Notes: generated from the letters alone by a model not told the origin. A stretch of DNA of 64,000 bases from an uncultured Candidatus Saccharibacteria bacterium (GCA_964642835.1 CAZXQA010000001.1:202831-266830); one strand, 5' to 3'. Shown: positions 47,429 to 57,525, counted from the stretch's first letter. Program-made: numbers and translations.

Positions 47429-48685
47429 TTAGCGCCAGGTGACCTTCGTCCTGAATATAGTATTCCAGATGGCCTTCGTCAACCAGAGAGGCACGATGAA
47501 GGCGTAGAAAGCGAGGTAGTAGAAGAAACCGCGATCAAGCTTCACTTTCCCATCCGCGAGACGGATAGCGAGGAACAAAATGATGAAGAGAATAAGCGTC
47601 GTACCAATCATCAGGAAAGGAAGGACGCCAGTGTTTAAGAAGTACCAGTCAAAGGAAGGCCAAGCGAAATGCCAATTCAACCCTACTGTGGAAACGCGTT
47701 CAACCCATTTCCAAAGATCGGCCGCTTTACCGAAAATCATGTTACCAATCGTAATCGGAGTAAAGAAGATTGAGAAAATGGAGAGGGGAATAATGAACAT
47801 GCCAATATTGCCGTACTTGCGATTAAAGAGCATCTCGCGATAATCGAAAACGTTGTTCAAGAAGCCGTAGGTCCAGCGGACACGTTGCTTGAGAAGCGTT
47901 TTAATCGTGGCTGGCGTCACGGTGTACACATGAGCGCTGTGAGAGTTCACGAACTTGTAACCGTTCTTCTGGAGACGCATGGCCATCTCCATGTCTTCGG
48001 TGAGATGCGCGTTCTTGTAGCCACCAAGCTCGTGGTATACGGAAGTACGGAAGGTTGAGAACGGCCCGGGTGTCACATACAAAGCGCCCATCGAGGAGAG
48101 CATGCGGCGGAGGAAAACGCCCCAGCGGTACTCGTTCTTCTGCATGCTCTGAAGCATATTCGTCGGCTCGAAAACCTTAATGGAAGGCACAACGGCCTTA
48201 ATTTCCGGATCATCGAAGTAAGGCACGATATTACGAAGAGTCTCGGGTGTAACGAAGGAGTCGGCATCAAGGCAGGCCACGAGATCGGTCGTTGTCATAT
48301 CGATACCAAGATTTACGGCCGTATGTTTGCCACCATTTACCTTGCTCACCACACGCACATTCGAAAGATGTTCGAAGCTTTTGAGCACGGCGAGGGTGTT
48401 ATCGGTTGAGCCGTCATCCACCAAGATGAAAGAGATTTTGTCCTGCGGATAATCGAGGGCGAGCACGGAGTGGATCGTGGCGGCGACCGTCTTCTCTTCG
48501 TTGAAGCAGGGAATGATGACCGTCATGGTCGGGAAGTGCTTCGGTCCACGCGCAAGCATTTCATTCTCGCGCTTAATGTCTCCGCGCACTTCAAGATAGG
48601 TAATAAGGAGGAACACCTCGAAGAACAAGGTGGTAAAAATCGAGACGTAGAGAATGGCTGAATAGAGGTCGGTCATATAAGCCAA
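47429..48685 (-). CDS. GT2 processive glycosyltransferase (PgaC/IcaA-like)
   Basis: DDGSTD, DAD, TED, QRVRW, TM helices. Confidence 0.92.
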   Translation of the reverse strand: MAYMTDLYSAILYVSIFTTLFFEVFLLITYLEVRGDIKRENEMLARGPKHFPTMTVIIPCFNEEKTVAATIHSVLALDYPQDKISFILVDDGSTDNTLAVLKSFEHLSNVRVVSKVNGGKHTAVNLGIDMTTTDLVACLDADSFVTPETLRNIVPYFDDPEIKAVVPSIKVFEPTNMLQSMQKNEYRWGVFLRRMLSSMGALYVTPGPFSTFRTSVYHELGGYKNAHLTEDMEMAMRLQKNGYKFVNSHSAHVYTVTPATIKTLLKQRVRWTYGFLNNVFDYREMLFNRKYGNIGMFIIPLSIFSIFFTPITIGNMIFGKAADLWKWVERVSTVGLNWHFAWPSFDWYFLNTGVLPFLMIGTTLILFIILFLAIRLADGKVKLDRGFFYYLAFYAFIVPLWLTKAIWNTIFRTKVTWR

Positions 48686-48727
48686 AAGCTCATAGATTAT
48701 AGACGTTTTATGTTATAATTTCAACCC

Positions 48728-49885
48728 ATGAAGATCACGATCGAAACCCCAGAAGAAAGTGCCTTGAGAGCTAATTTGGCTCTCCGCACCGACGCGGAAG
48801 CCGAACGCATCAAGCGCTACCTCGCCATGCCCGACCTCTCCCGCACGCCAGGGAGTCCCCTCTATGACATTACCGAGCGCGTGAAGGCGGCTCCGTCGTT
48901 CGCAGGCTTCGACCTCATCGAAATTCCCGAAATTGTCCCGACCTCCATTCTCTTCGACCTCTTCGACTTCCCAGCCGATCACCCCGCGCGCTCGAAGTCA
49001 GACACGTATTATGTAGATGAACAGAATGTTTTGCGTACTCACGACACCGTCTTCTGGTACTACTATCTCCAGAACCCAGAGGTGAAAGCTCGCATCGCCA
49101 AAGGAGAAGCCATGGGCGCGCTCTGCCACGGCAAAGTCTACCGCAAAGACGAGATCGATTCTCGTCACATGAACATCTTTCATCAGTTTGGCGGTTGGTT
49201 CATCGCGCCGAAAGGGCAGGTGAACGTCGAAGATTTGAAAACAGCTTTAGGTGAGGTCGTGAAGACTGTCTTCGGGCCTGAGCAGATCTTCCGCATCAAT
49301 ACCGACACCTTCCCATACACTGATCCCTCCTTCGAAGTTGAGGTCAACGTGAAGGGGACTGCCGCCGAAGGCCCAGCGAAGGGTGAGTGGCTCGAAATTT
49401 TAGGCTCCGGCATGCCGAAAGCCTCTGTGCTACAGAAGATGGGGGTTGAAGGGTACGAGGGCTGGGCCTTCGGTTTCGGGATCGAGCGCCTCGCTATTAT
49501 TTCCATGCAGCTTCCGGACATTCGCCTCCTCTGGTCCACCGACGAGCGCGTGAAGGGCCAACTCAAACTGGGCACGGTCTATAAAGAAGTTTCCAAATTC
49601 CCTCCGGTTATCCGCGACATCTCCTTCATCGTGCCAAAATCCTTCATCCTAAACGACTACTTCGACCTCGTCCGTGATATCGGCGGCGACATGGTAGAAG
49701 ACGTTAAGATGACCGACAAATATGAAAATGATGAGAAATTCGGTGCCGACAAGATGTCCTACACCTTCCGCATTACCTATCGTCACCTCGAGCGTACACT
49801 CACCAACGATGAGGTAAATATTGTCCACGCCAAACTCGAAGACAAGACGGAAAGTGAGTTCAGTGCCCAGGTTCGCCGAGTATAG
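48728..49885 (+). CDS. pheS: Phenylalanine-tRNA ligase, single-chain organelle-type (catalytic domain + FDX-ACB)
   Basis: HPARSKSDTYY, LRTH, FPYTDPSFE, AFGFGIERLA, then RDISF..YRHLERTLT anticodon-binding domain. Confidence 0.93.
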   Translation: MKITIETPEESALRANLALRTDAEAERIKRYLAMPDLSRTPGSPLYDITERVKAAPSFAGFDLIEIPEIVPTSILFDLFDFPADHPARSKSDTYYVDEQNVLRTHDTVFWYYYLQNPEVKARIAKGEAMGALCHGKVYRKDEIDSRHMNIFHQFGGWFIAPKGQVNVEDLKTALGEVVKTVFGPEQIFRINTDTFPYTDPSFEVEVNVKGTAAEGPAKGEWLEILGSGMPKASVLQKMGVEGYEGWAFGFGIERLAIISMQLPDIRLLWSTDERVKGQLKLGTVYKEVSKFPPVIRDISFIVPKSFILNDYFDLVRDIGGDMVEDVKMTDKYENDEKFGADKMSYTFRITYRHLERTLTNDEVNIVHAKLEDKTESEFSAQVRRV

Positions 49886-49950
49886 ACATCCATCAAAATA
49901 CCTTGTAATCTACTGACCAGGCGTTCCACTAACCATATTCGGGGGTCAGA

Positions 49951-50298
49951 GTGCGCACTACGAATTGGGATAGGTTAATCACGTCGGACCCACGGGATTC
50001 CGTTGCAGCCCGGGTTACCAGAGCTTCACCTCGCTGGTGTGCTCCACCGCAGGAAGTAAGGCCGAAGGTGCAGATCGAACCGACGGCAGCGACCCTGCCG
50101 ACCGACATGTCCAACTTTACGGGTAAAAGAATTGGTTCAATCGTGATCACAGGGTTCTGGAAGAAAGGGCGCCCGGCACGCAACAGTGTCTGGAAAGGCC
50201 TTTGCGACTGCGGCAAAACGGTCTACCGTCGACACCATTGGGTGAAAAATCCTCGGGACGACAACTACGACCGGTGCGACGCCTGCGCTCATCGGTAG
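49951..50298 (+). CDS. Orphan Cys-rich protein resembling the N-terminal module of phage AP2/HNH proteins, SD-led
   Basis: TAGACA-17-TAATCT; FTGKRIG..W..LCDCG..CDAC; terminator 50311-50342. Confidence 0.6.
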   Translation: MRTTNWDRLITSDPRDSVAARVTRASPRWCAPPQEVRPKVQIEPTAATLPTDMSNFTGKRIGSIVITGFWKKGRPARNSVWKGLCDCGKTVYRRHHWVKNPRDDNYDRCDACAHR

Positions 50299-50428
50299 AA
50301 CAACGAAACCAAGCCGCCTAGTTCACGCTAGGCGGCTTTTTTATCCCCATCTCCTCCTGCAAAGGATAATCCTTTGCAACTTGAAGCCATCTTTTGGTAT
50401 CGTGAGGAAGGACGCATCGAGGAGACCC

Positions 50429-50671
50429 ATGGCTACATACATCAGTGAACGGCCCGTCAAAACCGAGCGTTCCGATCGAGTCATCAGGATGTTCCAAAAC
50501 ACCTTCCCAATCGGCAAGATTGAGGTGGTGCAACCTGCTCACAACCCGCCAGAAGTCTCTCAAGCGAAATCGGCTTACTTTGCCATCGAGATTCCAATCT
50601 TAGAAGAAGAGAGGCTCGCTGTCTGGCTCAACCGACTCAACGGTCGCCAGATGAAGAAGCAGAAGAAATAA
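50429..50671 (+). CDS. Orphan 80-aa protein, SD-led
   Basis: TTGCAA-18-TATCGT, GAGGAG SD, terminator 50675-50705. Confidence 0.6.
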   Translation: MATYISERPVKTERSDRVIRMFQNTFPIGKIEVVQPAHNPPEVSQAKSAYFAIEIPILEEERLAVWLNRLNGRQMKKQKK

Positions 50672-50816
50672 ACCCCGCCGCCCGGAACATCGGGCGGCTG
50701 TTTTTATACTTATCCCCAGTTTTTGATCTATTTTATGCAAAGGATAATCCTTTGCATGGGGGCAAAATACGGCTTTCTTGTAGAGCTAAAATCTGCTATA
50801 ATACGGGGTACCAAAC

Positions 50817-52805
50817 ATGGCCAAGAAAGACGAGAAATCCTCATACGGCGCCGACTCCATCACCGTCCTTGAAGGTCTCGAACCAGTCCGCAAGCGCCCG
50901 GGCATGTACATCGGCACGACCGGGCCCGATGGTCTCCATCATCTCATTACGGAAATCTTCGATAACTCTCGCGACGAAGCGATGGGCGGCTTCGCGAATG
51001 ACATTGAGATCGCCCTCTTACCTCCGTTCAAGGAAGGGGAGCCGGCTCGCGTTCGCGTCACAGACAACGGTCGCGGCATCCCGGTCGACATTCACAAGCA
51101 GACCAAGGTCTCGGCTCTCGAGATGGTTATGACCGTGCTTCATGCCGGCGGTAAATTCGGTGGGGAAGACTCAGGCTACAAAGTCTCCGGCGGTCTCCAC
51201 GGCGTGGGTGCTTCCGTCGTGAACGCGCTCTCTATCTATGCTCGCGCCGAAGTCCACAAAGACGGTGGCATTTACATGCAGGAGTACAACCAAGGCAAGA
51301 AGAAAGCGAACGTTAAGCAGATAGGAAAGACCAAGAACCAAGGTACGATCATCACCTTCCAGCCTGACAACACCATCTTCCCGATTACTGACTTCAGCTT
51401 CGACCGTGTGGTCACGCACATGCGTCAGCAGGCCTATCTCGTGAAGGGCGTGAGGATCTCGATCATTGACGCCCGCGGTGCCTCAGACGTCGCCGATACG
51501 GAGTGCTTCTATATCCGCGAACTCGGCCTTAACGCGCCGTCGATGTCCTTCTACTTCGAAGGCGGTCTCGTCTCGCTCGTACGCTTCGAGAACGAACACG
51601 CCAAGCCTGTGCATCGCAATATTTTCTATGTCGAGAAGTCGGCCAACGGCAAGGCGCATGAAGTGGTAGAAGTAGCTCTCCAATACGTCGACGACATCTC
51701 CTCTCGCATCCTCCCATTCGCCAACAATATCTATACCGCTGAAGGTGGTACGCATGTGACGGGCTTCAAGACGACTCTTACCCGCATGTTGAACTCCTAT
51801 GCCCGCAAGAACAACCTGGTCTCCGAGAAGGAAGACAACTTCACAGGTGAAGACGTGCTCGAAGGTCTCACGGCAGTTATCTCGGTGAAGTTAAGCGAGA
51901 TCCAGTTCGAAGGTCAGACGAAGGGGAAGCTCGGTTCCGTAGAAGCCCAGGGTATGGTGGCGGAAGTCTTCGGCGACGCCTTCGGGAACTTCCTCGAGGA
52001 GAACCCGGAAGACGCCCGTGCCATGATCCAGAAGTCCTTGCTCGCGCTCAAGGCGCGCAAGGCCGCCAAGGCGGCCAAGGACTCCGTCCTTCGCAAGGGC
52101 GCTCTCGAGGGCATGACGCTCCCGGGCAAGCTCGCAGACTGCCAGAGCCGCTCCGCCGAGGAGTCAGAAATCTTTATCGTAGAGGGAGACTCGGCCGGTG
52201 GTACGGCCAAGATGGGTCGCGATCGCCGCACCCAGGCCATCCTTCCACTCCGCGGCAAAATTTTGAACATTGAGCGCGCTCGCCTCGACCGCATGTTGGG
52301 CAGCGAACAGATCAAGAACCTTGTCATCGCCTTGGGCACCGCGATCGGAGACACTTTTGATATTTCTAAACTCCGCTATCACAAGATCATCATCGCCACC
52401 GATGCCGACGTCGACGGCGCGCACATCCGCACCCTTCTTTTGACCTTGCTCTACCGCTTCTTCCGTCCGCTTATCGATGCTGGTCATGTCTACATCGCTC
52501 AACCACCGCTCTACAAGATTAAAATGGGGAAGACCGTCCACTACGCCTACTCCGACGAGGAGAAAAAGAAAGTGGTAGGTAAAGAAGAAAGTGGTGACAT
52601 CCAGCGCTACAAAGGTTTGGGAGAAATGAACTCCGACGAACTCTGGGAAACAACCATGGATCCTGCTAAACGCGTTTTGAAACAAGTAAATGTCGACGAC
52701 GCTCGTGAAGCCGACCGCATCTTCGATGTCCTCATGGGTACCGACGTGCCGAGCCGCAAATCTTTCATCCAGTCGAACGCGAAGAAAGCTACCCTTGATA
52801 TTTAA
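50817..52805 (+). CDS. gyrB: DNA gyrase subunit B (type IIA topoisomerase B subunit)
   Basis: VRKRPGMYIG, GGLHGVG, EGDSAGG, PLRGK, DADVDG, QRYKGLGEM. Confidence 0.93.
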   Translation: MAKKDEKSSYGADSITVLEGLEPVRKRPGMYIGTTGPDGLHHLITEIFDNSRDEAMGGFANDIEIALLPPFKEGEPARVRVTDNGRGIPVDIHKQTKVSALEMVMTVLHAGGKFGGEDSGYKVSGGLHGVGASVVNALSIYARAEVHKDGGIYMQEYNQGKKKANVKQIGKTKNQGTIITFQPDNTIFPITDFSFDRVVTHMRQQAYLVKGVRISIIDARGASDVADTECFYIRELGLNAPSMSFYFEGGLVSLVRFENEHAKPVHRNIFYVEKSANGKAHEVVEVALQYVDDISSRILPFANNIYTAEGGTHVTGFKTTLTRMLNSYARKNNLVSEKEDNFTGEDVLEGLTAVISVKLSEIQFEGQTKGKLGSVEAQGMVAEVFGDAFGNFLEENPEDARAMIQKSLLALKARKAAKAAKDSVLRKGALEGMTLPGKLADCQSRSAEESEIFIVEGDSAGGTAKMGRDRRTQAILPLRGKILNIERARLDRMLGSEQIKNLVIALGTAIGDTFDISKLRYHKIIIATDADVDGAHIRTLLLTLLYRFFRPLIDAGHVYIAQPPLYKIKMGKTVHYAYSDEEKKKVVGKEESGDIQRYKGLGEMNSDELWETTMDPAKRVLKQVNVDDAREADRIFDVLMGTDVPSRKSFIQSNAKKATLDI

Positions 52806-52913
52806 GCGTTAAAAACGCTTTTCTTAATACCGCGCGAGGACCATTTCGGTTCCTCGCGCGGTTTTATATTGGCTTTATTTGGGGCCTTTGTTGAGCGGTA
52901 TTTTAGGGCAATG

Positions 52914-52982
52914 GTGTGGACAACTGGGCTACTCATGTGGCGTATGGTGGGATATACTGGTGGATAGGTGGGAAGGAGTGGT
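52914..52982 (+). promoter_or_regulatory. MraZ-binding GTGG direct repeats
   Basis: GTGG(G) repeated at roughly 10-nt intervals upstream of mraZ. Confidence 0.65.
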
Positions 52983-52996
52983 AAGATATCTGTATC

Positions 52997-53392
52997 ATGT
53001 TTATCGGCGAATACACTCACACGATCGACGAGAAGAATCGCTTCTCGCTCCCGGCCAAGTTCCGCAAGGAACTCGGTCGCAAAGTAGTGGTGACGCGCGG
53101 TAAGGATCATTGTCTCTCCCTCTATCCGTCGAAGACCTGGGCCGCGATCTCGAAAGAAGTCGCGAACCTCGGTCACGTCGAGAGAGACCCACGATATGCT
53201 CGGTTCACCTTCGCCGGTGCCGCCGAGATCGAGATTGACGCCATCGGTCGCATCCTCGTTCCGGAATTCCTTCGGGAATACGCGGGACTGGGTAGCACTC
53301 TCGTCATCACCGGCGTCCACGATCGCGTGGAAATCTGGAATGACAAGCAGTGGGCCGCTTATAGGAAGAAGCTCGAAAGTGAATATGCATAG
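52997..53392 (+). CDS. mraZ: Transcriptional regulator MraZ
   Basis: MFIGEYTHTIDEKNR, DAIGRILVP, RVEIW. Confidence 0.95.
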   Translation: MFIGEYTHTIDEKNRFSLPAKFRKELGRKVVVTRGKDHCLSLYPSKTWAAISKEVANLGHVERDPRYARFTFAGAAEIEIDAIGRILVPEFLREYAGLGSTLVITGVHDRVEIWNDKQWAAYRKKLESEYA

Positions 53393-54239
53393 GTCAGTTC
53401 TTTTACACGAAGTGTTGGAAGGGTTGGACCTCGCCCCGGGCAAGGTCATGATCGACGGGACCTTGGGTCTTGGCGGCCATAGCCGGGAAGCCTTGGCAGA
53501 GAACCCGGGCCTCCGCGTTATCGGCATCGACCGAGACCCGAAGCGCTTACAGGAAGTAGGGAAGTCACTTGAGATCGACACCTGGCAGGGGAATTTCGCG
53601 GAGATGGACAAGGCGCTCATCGCCTTCGGTCTCGCTCACGTCGATGCCATCCTCCTCGACCTCGGCTTCTCGAGCGATCAGCTTGAAGACATCGAGAAAG
53701 GTCTCTCCTTCCAGAACGATGGACCGCTCGACATGCGTCTCTCGGGCCAAGGATTCACGGCTGCTGACATCTTGAACTCCTGGGACGAGTCCGCTATCGA
53801 ACTTATCCTCAAGGGTTTCGGCGAAGAGCGTCATGCCTGGCGGATCGCTCAAGCGATCGGTCAGCGTCGCAAGGTGAAGCCCTTCGAGACGACGAGCGAA
53901 CTCGTAGCGGTGATCGAAGGCATCGTGCCTGGTGGCTATCACAAGATCCATCCGGCCACGAGAACCTTCCAAGCCTTGAGAATCGCGGTGAACGAAGAGT
54001 TCCCAAGCCTCGAAAAGGCACTCGAGAAGGGTTGGGAGGCCTTGAAGCCAGGTGGCCGCTTCGCCATTATCTCCTTCCACAGTCTCGAAGATCGCATCGT
54101 CAAGAATTTCTTCCGCGAACGGGCCCAGGACGAAGAGGGTGAACTTATTAGCAAGAAACCGATCACCGCGAGCGAAACGGAAGTGGCAGAGAATCCGCGT
54201 TCCCGCAGTGCCAAGTTACGCATTATCAAAAAATTATGA
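53385..54239 (+). CDS. rsmH: 16S rRNA m4C1402 methyltransferase
   Basis: HRSVLL, DGTLGLGGHS, PLDMR, SFHSLEDR, NPRSRSAKLR. Confidence 0.96.
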   Translation: MHRSVLLHEVLEGLDLAPGKVMIDGTLGLGGHSREALAENPGLRVIGIDRDPKRLQEVGKSLEIDTWQGNFAEMDKALIAFGLAHVDAILLDLGFSSDQLEDIEKGLSFQNDGPLDMRLSGQGFTAADILNSWDESAIELILKGFGEERHAWRIAQAIGQRRKVKPFETTSELVAVIEGIVPGGYHKIHPATRTFQALRIAVNEEFPSLEKALEKGWEALKPGGRFAIISFHSLEDRIVKNFFRERAQDEEGELISKKPITASETEVAENPRSRSAKLRIIKKL

Positions 54240-54610
54240 TGAGAAAACAAAAATTTAACTACAATCAGCTCTCCTTACCGCTCGGTGAAGGGCGCGCCGC
54301 CACCGCTCTCTCCTTTGAAAACCGCACGAAAGCGTTCTGGGCTCTCTCATCGGCCTGCCTCCTCTCCCTCGTCCTCTACGTCTACGCGGTCAACGCTACC
54401 GCTCACAACGTCGCCATGCGCGCCTCTCTCGAACGCGAAGCAGCCGAGCTTACCGGTGAACTCGCCAGTCTCGAATTCCAATACATCAACCTCCAAGGTG
54501 ATGTCACTCTCACTCGCGCCGCCGAATACGGCTTCGAAGAAGTGAAGGAACCTCTCTATGTGTCGAAAACTGCCGGCAATTCTCTTTCTTTCAACACGCA
54601 AAGCCGTTAA
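54236..54610 (+). CDS. FtsL-like cell division protein
   Basis: TM plus coiled coil, located between rsmH and ftsI. Confidence 0.65.
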   Translation: MMRKQKFNYNQLSLPLGEGRAATALSFENRTKAFWALSSACLLSLVLYVYAVNATAHNVAMRASLEREAAELTGELASLEFQYINLQGDVTLTRAAEYGFEEVKEPLYVSKTAGNSLSFNTQSR

Positions 54611-54636
54611 GATAGTAAGGAACACTTCCTTACGCG

Positions 54637-56400
54637 ATGCTTAGTCTCGAAAATCGCCTCCGCGTCATCACGCTCTTCCTCGTCCTCTTTGCTCTCTTGC
54701 TCGTGAGCAAGCTGTACTTCCTGCAAATTATTCAAGGAGAAGAATTCCGCGCCAAGGCTGAGCACCAGTACGTGGCAGGGATTAACTACTTCGACCGAGG
54801 CTCCATTTTCTTTACCACGAAGGACGGGACGCTTGTCCCCGGAGCCACTGTGAGATCAGGCTTTACCTTAAGCGTGAACCCGAACATCCTTGCCCCTCTC
54901 CCGAACCTCGATGAAATATACGGGAAGCTCAACGCTCTCGTCCCTATGGAGAAAGCCACCTTCCTCTCTAAAGCCAAGAAGGCAGGGGACCCGTACGAAG
55001 AATTGGCCAAGCGCCTCGACAGCCCAACAGCCGAAGCCATCCAGAGCTTGAAGTTCACGGGTGTCTCCGTCACGCGCGAACGCTGGCGCACCTACCCTGG
55101 AGAGACCATGGCCGCCCACACGCTCGGCCTCATTGGCTATGGCGACGGGAACGAACTTGCCGGGCGTTACGGTCTCGAGCGCTTCTACGAGGACACGCTC
55201 AAACGCGACGGCGACGAAGTCTTCGTCAATTTCTTCGCCGAAATCTTCTCGAACCTGCGCTCTGCCGTGACGGAAGGACAGGGAGCGGAAGGAGACATCG
55301 TTACGACGATCGAGCCCTCGGTAGAAGCCTTTTTGGAACGGGAGTTAAATGAGGTGACCAACACGTATTCCTCCGAATTCACGGGCGGTATCATCATTGA
55401 TCCGCACACGGGAGAAATCCGCGCCATGGCCCTGACGCCCACCTTCGACCCCAACTCTCCAGCCAGCGCCAAGAACGCGAGTGTCTTTACCAACAAGCTC
55501 GTTGAGGGCCGCTACGAAATGGGCTCGATCGTAAAGGCCTTCACCTATGCTATCGGTCTCCAAGAGAAAGCCATCACCGCGAAGACGACCTACAACGACC
55601 CTGGCTGTCTTACCTTAAACACAAAGACCTTCTGTAACTACGACGGGGCCTCGCACGGCTCAAGCGTGAGCATGCAATCTGCTCTGGGCCAGTCTCTCAA
55701 CACTGGCGCCGCCTTCGTGGTGAGCAAGGTAGGAACGAAGAAGTTTAGCGAGGACTTGCTCTCCTTCGGCCTCGAAGAGAAGACGGGGATCGACCTGCCG
55801 AACGAAGGCAACTCGCTCGTCTCGAACCTCCACACCAACCGCGAGCTCGAAGCCGCTCAAGCCTCCTTCGGACAGGGTATCGCGCTCACTCCGGTGGGAA
55901 TCGTGCGTGCTCTCTCCGTCCTTGCAAATGGCGGCACACTGATCACCCCACACCTGGTCAAAAAGATCGACTACAAGATCGGTCCGGCCAAAACTATTTC
56001 CTATCCTGCGCCCGAGGAGCGCACGCGTGTCATTTCTGAGGAAACATCGGCCGCTATTTCTCAAATGCTTACCGAGGTGGTCGACAGGAGCCTGCGCTTC
56101 GGCGATATGCGTCTTGAGAACTACTCCATTGCCGCAAAGACCGGTACCGCCCAGATCGCCGCGCCGACAGGTGGGTATTACGCGGACCGCTACCTTCATT
56201 CCTTCTTCGGTTACTTCCCAGCCTATAACCCAGAGTATCTCGTCTTCCTCTATACCTATTACCCCAAGAACGTGCAATACGCTTCGGAAACACTGACGGA
56301 CTCTTTCTTTAATATTGCGAAGTTCCTTATCAACTACTACGAGATCCCGCCGGACCGTGAGAAGGCACCAGAACCTGATCAAACTCTTAGAAATTATTAA
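54637..56400 (+). CDS. ftsI: Class B penicillin-binding protein (FtsI-like)
   Basis: SIVK (SxxK), SLN (SxN), KTGTAQ; dcw position. Confidence 0.88.
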   Translation: MLSLENRLRVITLFLVLFALLLVSKLYFLQIIQGEEFRAKAEHQYVAGINYFDRGSIFFTTKDGTLVPGATVRSGFTLSVNPNILAPLPNLDEIYGKLNALVPMEKATFLSKAKKAGDPYEELAKRLDSPTAEAIQSLKFTGVSVTRERWRTYPGETMAAHTLGLIGYGDGNELAGRYGLERFYEDTLKRDGDEVFVNFFAEIFSNLRSAVTEGQGAEGDIVTTIEPSVEAFLERELNEVTNTYSSEFTGGIIIDPHTGEIRAMALTPTFDPNSPASAKNASVFTNKLVEGRYEMGSIVKAFTYAIGLQEKAITAKTTYNDPGCLTLNTKTFCNYDGASHGSSVSMQSALGQSLNTGAAFVVSKVGTKKFSEDLLSFGLEEKTGIDLPNEGNSLVSNLHTNRELEAAQASFGQGIALTPVGIVRALSVLANGGTLITPHLVKKIDYKIGPAKTISYPAPEERTRVISEETSAAISQMLTEVVDRSLRFGDMRLENYSIAAKTGTAQIAAPTGGYYADRYLHSFFGYFPAYNPEYLVFLYTYYPKNVQYASETLTDSFFNIAKFLINYYEIPPDREKAPEPDQTLRNY

Positions 56401-56441
56401 AAACTGCTGCGACCATGAAGGTTGCAGCAGTCGTCGAGGTT

Positions 56442-57038
56442 CTACCCTCTTTTCACCTTGAGAGGAGGGAGGTCGAGTTCAGAAAAATCGATCGGAGCTT
56501 GCCCAGTACGCGGGCGACGCTTGAGCGCCGACGAGAGCCGTTCGCTCATCTCAATCACATTTTCTCCTGAGGAGTTGGAAAAGATGAGCCAGCCATTCCA
56601 CACGAGTTTGTGGAGAGCGCCTTGAAGTTCTTTTCTTCGCTGCTCGAGCTCGTCGTCAGCAAGCTCGTACGTGCGGATAACCGACGTAAAGCCGCCGACC
56701 ATGAACGTTTGCGGCAGAAGACTCCGCAGCCGCGGTTTGGACATCTGCCCAAGCGTTGGCAACCACAAGAGCCAGTAGCAAACCCTCTTACGCGCGTAAC
56801 GCGTGCGAGCTAGTCGGAGTGCATGTTCATGCCGCCTGCGTGCTTCTTGCGAAGCTTGCACATCAGCTTCCATACTCTCATCAAACTCTTCAACGGTAAC
56901 CGGAGAGGAAGGATGCCGGTGGGCGAGGAGAGTGATACGGGAGACAACTTCCCGCTCGTGGATGTTCGAGAACATCCCACACAGGAATGAATTCTCAACA
57001 GGCACGTATTCAACAACAGAAAAAACGTTGTGACGCAT
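56442..57038 (-). CDS. Orphan 198-aa protein, SD-led
   Basis: TTGACA at 57102-57097, AAGGAGGT SD, hairpins on both flanks. Confidence 0.65.
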   Translation of the reverse strand: MRHNVFSVVEYVPVENSFLCGMFSNIHEREVVSRITLLAHRHPSSPVTVEEFDESMEADVQASQEARRRHEHALRLARTRYARKRVCYWLLWLPTLGQMSKPRLRSLLPQTFMVGGFTSVIRTYELADDELEQRRKELQGALHKLVWNGWLIFSNSSGENVIEMSERLSSALKRRPRTGQAPIDFSELDLPPLKVKRG

Positions 57039-57139
57039 AGGACCTCCTTGTCCGTATGTGTGTTCTGCCTAGCATCCTGTAATAAAATTAGTTATTTGTC
57101 AAAAAGCTCCACCCATGAAGGTGGAGCTTTTTGTATGCC

Positions 57140-57226
57140 ATGACCCAAGTGGGACGTAATTGGAACCAGTTGGTAACAGAATTATACAATTGGCAGAAAT
57201 TCGGTAAAGAGTTGGCTAGGGTATAA
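57140..57226 (+). other. Possible att-site / recombinase C-terminal remnant (MTQVGRNWNQLVTELYNWQKF...)
   Basis: TGACCC..GGGA..GAACC resembles the antisense tRNA-Glu 3' end. Confidence 0.35.
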
Positions 57227-57267
57227 AACAGAAAGCCCACCCTAAGGTAGGATTCCTGTTGGGTGGG

Positions 57268-57525
57268 CTAATGCATATCACAATTGCAGTTTCCGTCGCG
57301 GCAAAGCCGATGTTGTTCGACTCTGCGGACGAATTCCTCGACATCGTCCTGGTGGATCTCGAGAGAATGGTAATCGGCAGGAGTGCCCCTGAATCGAAGA
57401 CCCTCGCCCAGATTGGGGTAGCCCTGGATTTTTCCATCCACATAACGACTCGCGTACTGACACTGCTGCCTCAGTCGAGCTCGGGCGATATCGCCGAAGT
57501 TGACGAAACCCTCCGTCTGCGCCAT
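57268..57525 (-). CDS. Orphan 85-aa protein with Cys/His-rich tail, SD-led
   Basis: TTGACA-17-TAGTAT (57605-57577), CAGGAG SD. Confidence 0.65.
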   Translation of the reverse strand: MAQTEGFVNFGDIARARLRQQCQYASRYVDGKIQGYPNLGEGLRFRGTPADYHSLEIHQDDVEEFVRRVEQHRLCRDGNCNCDMH

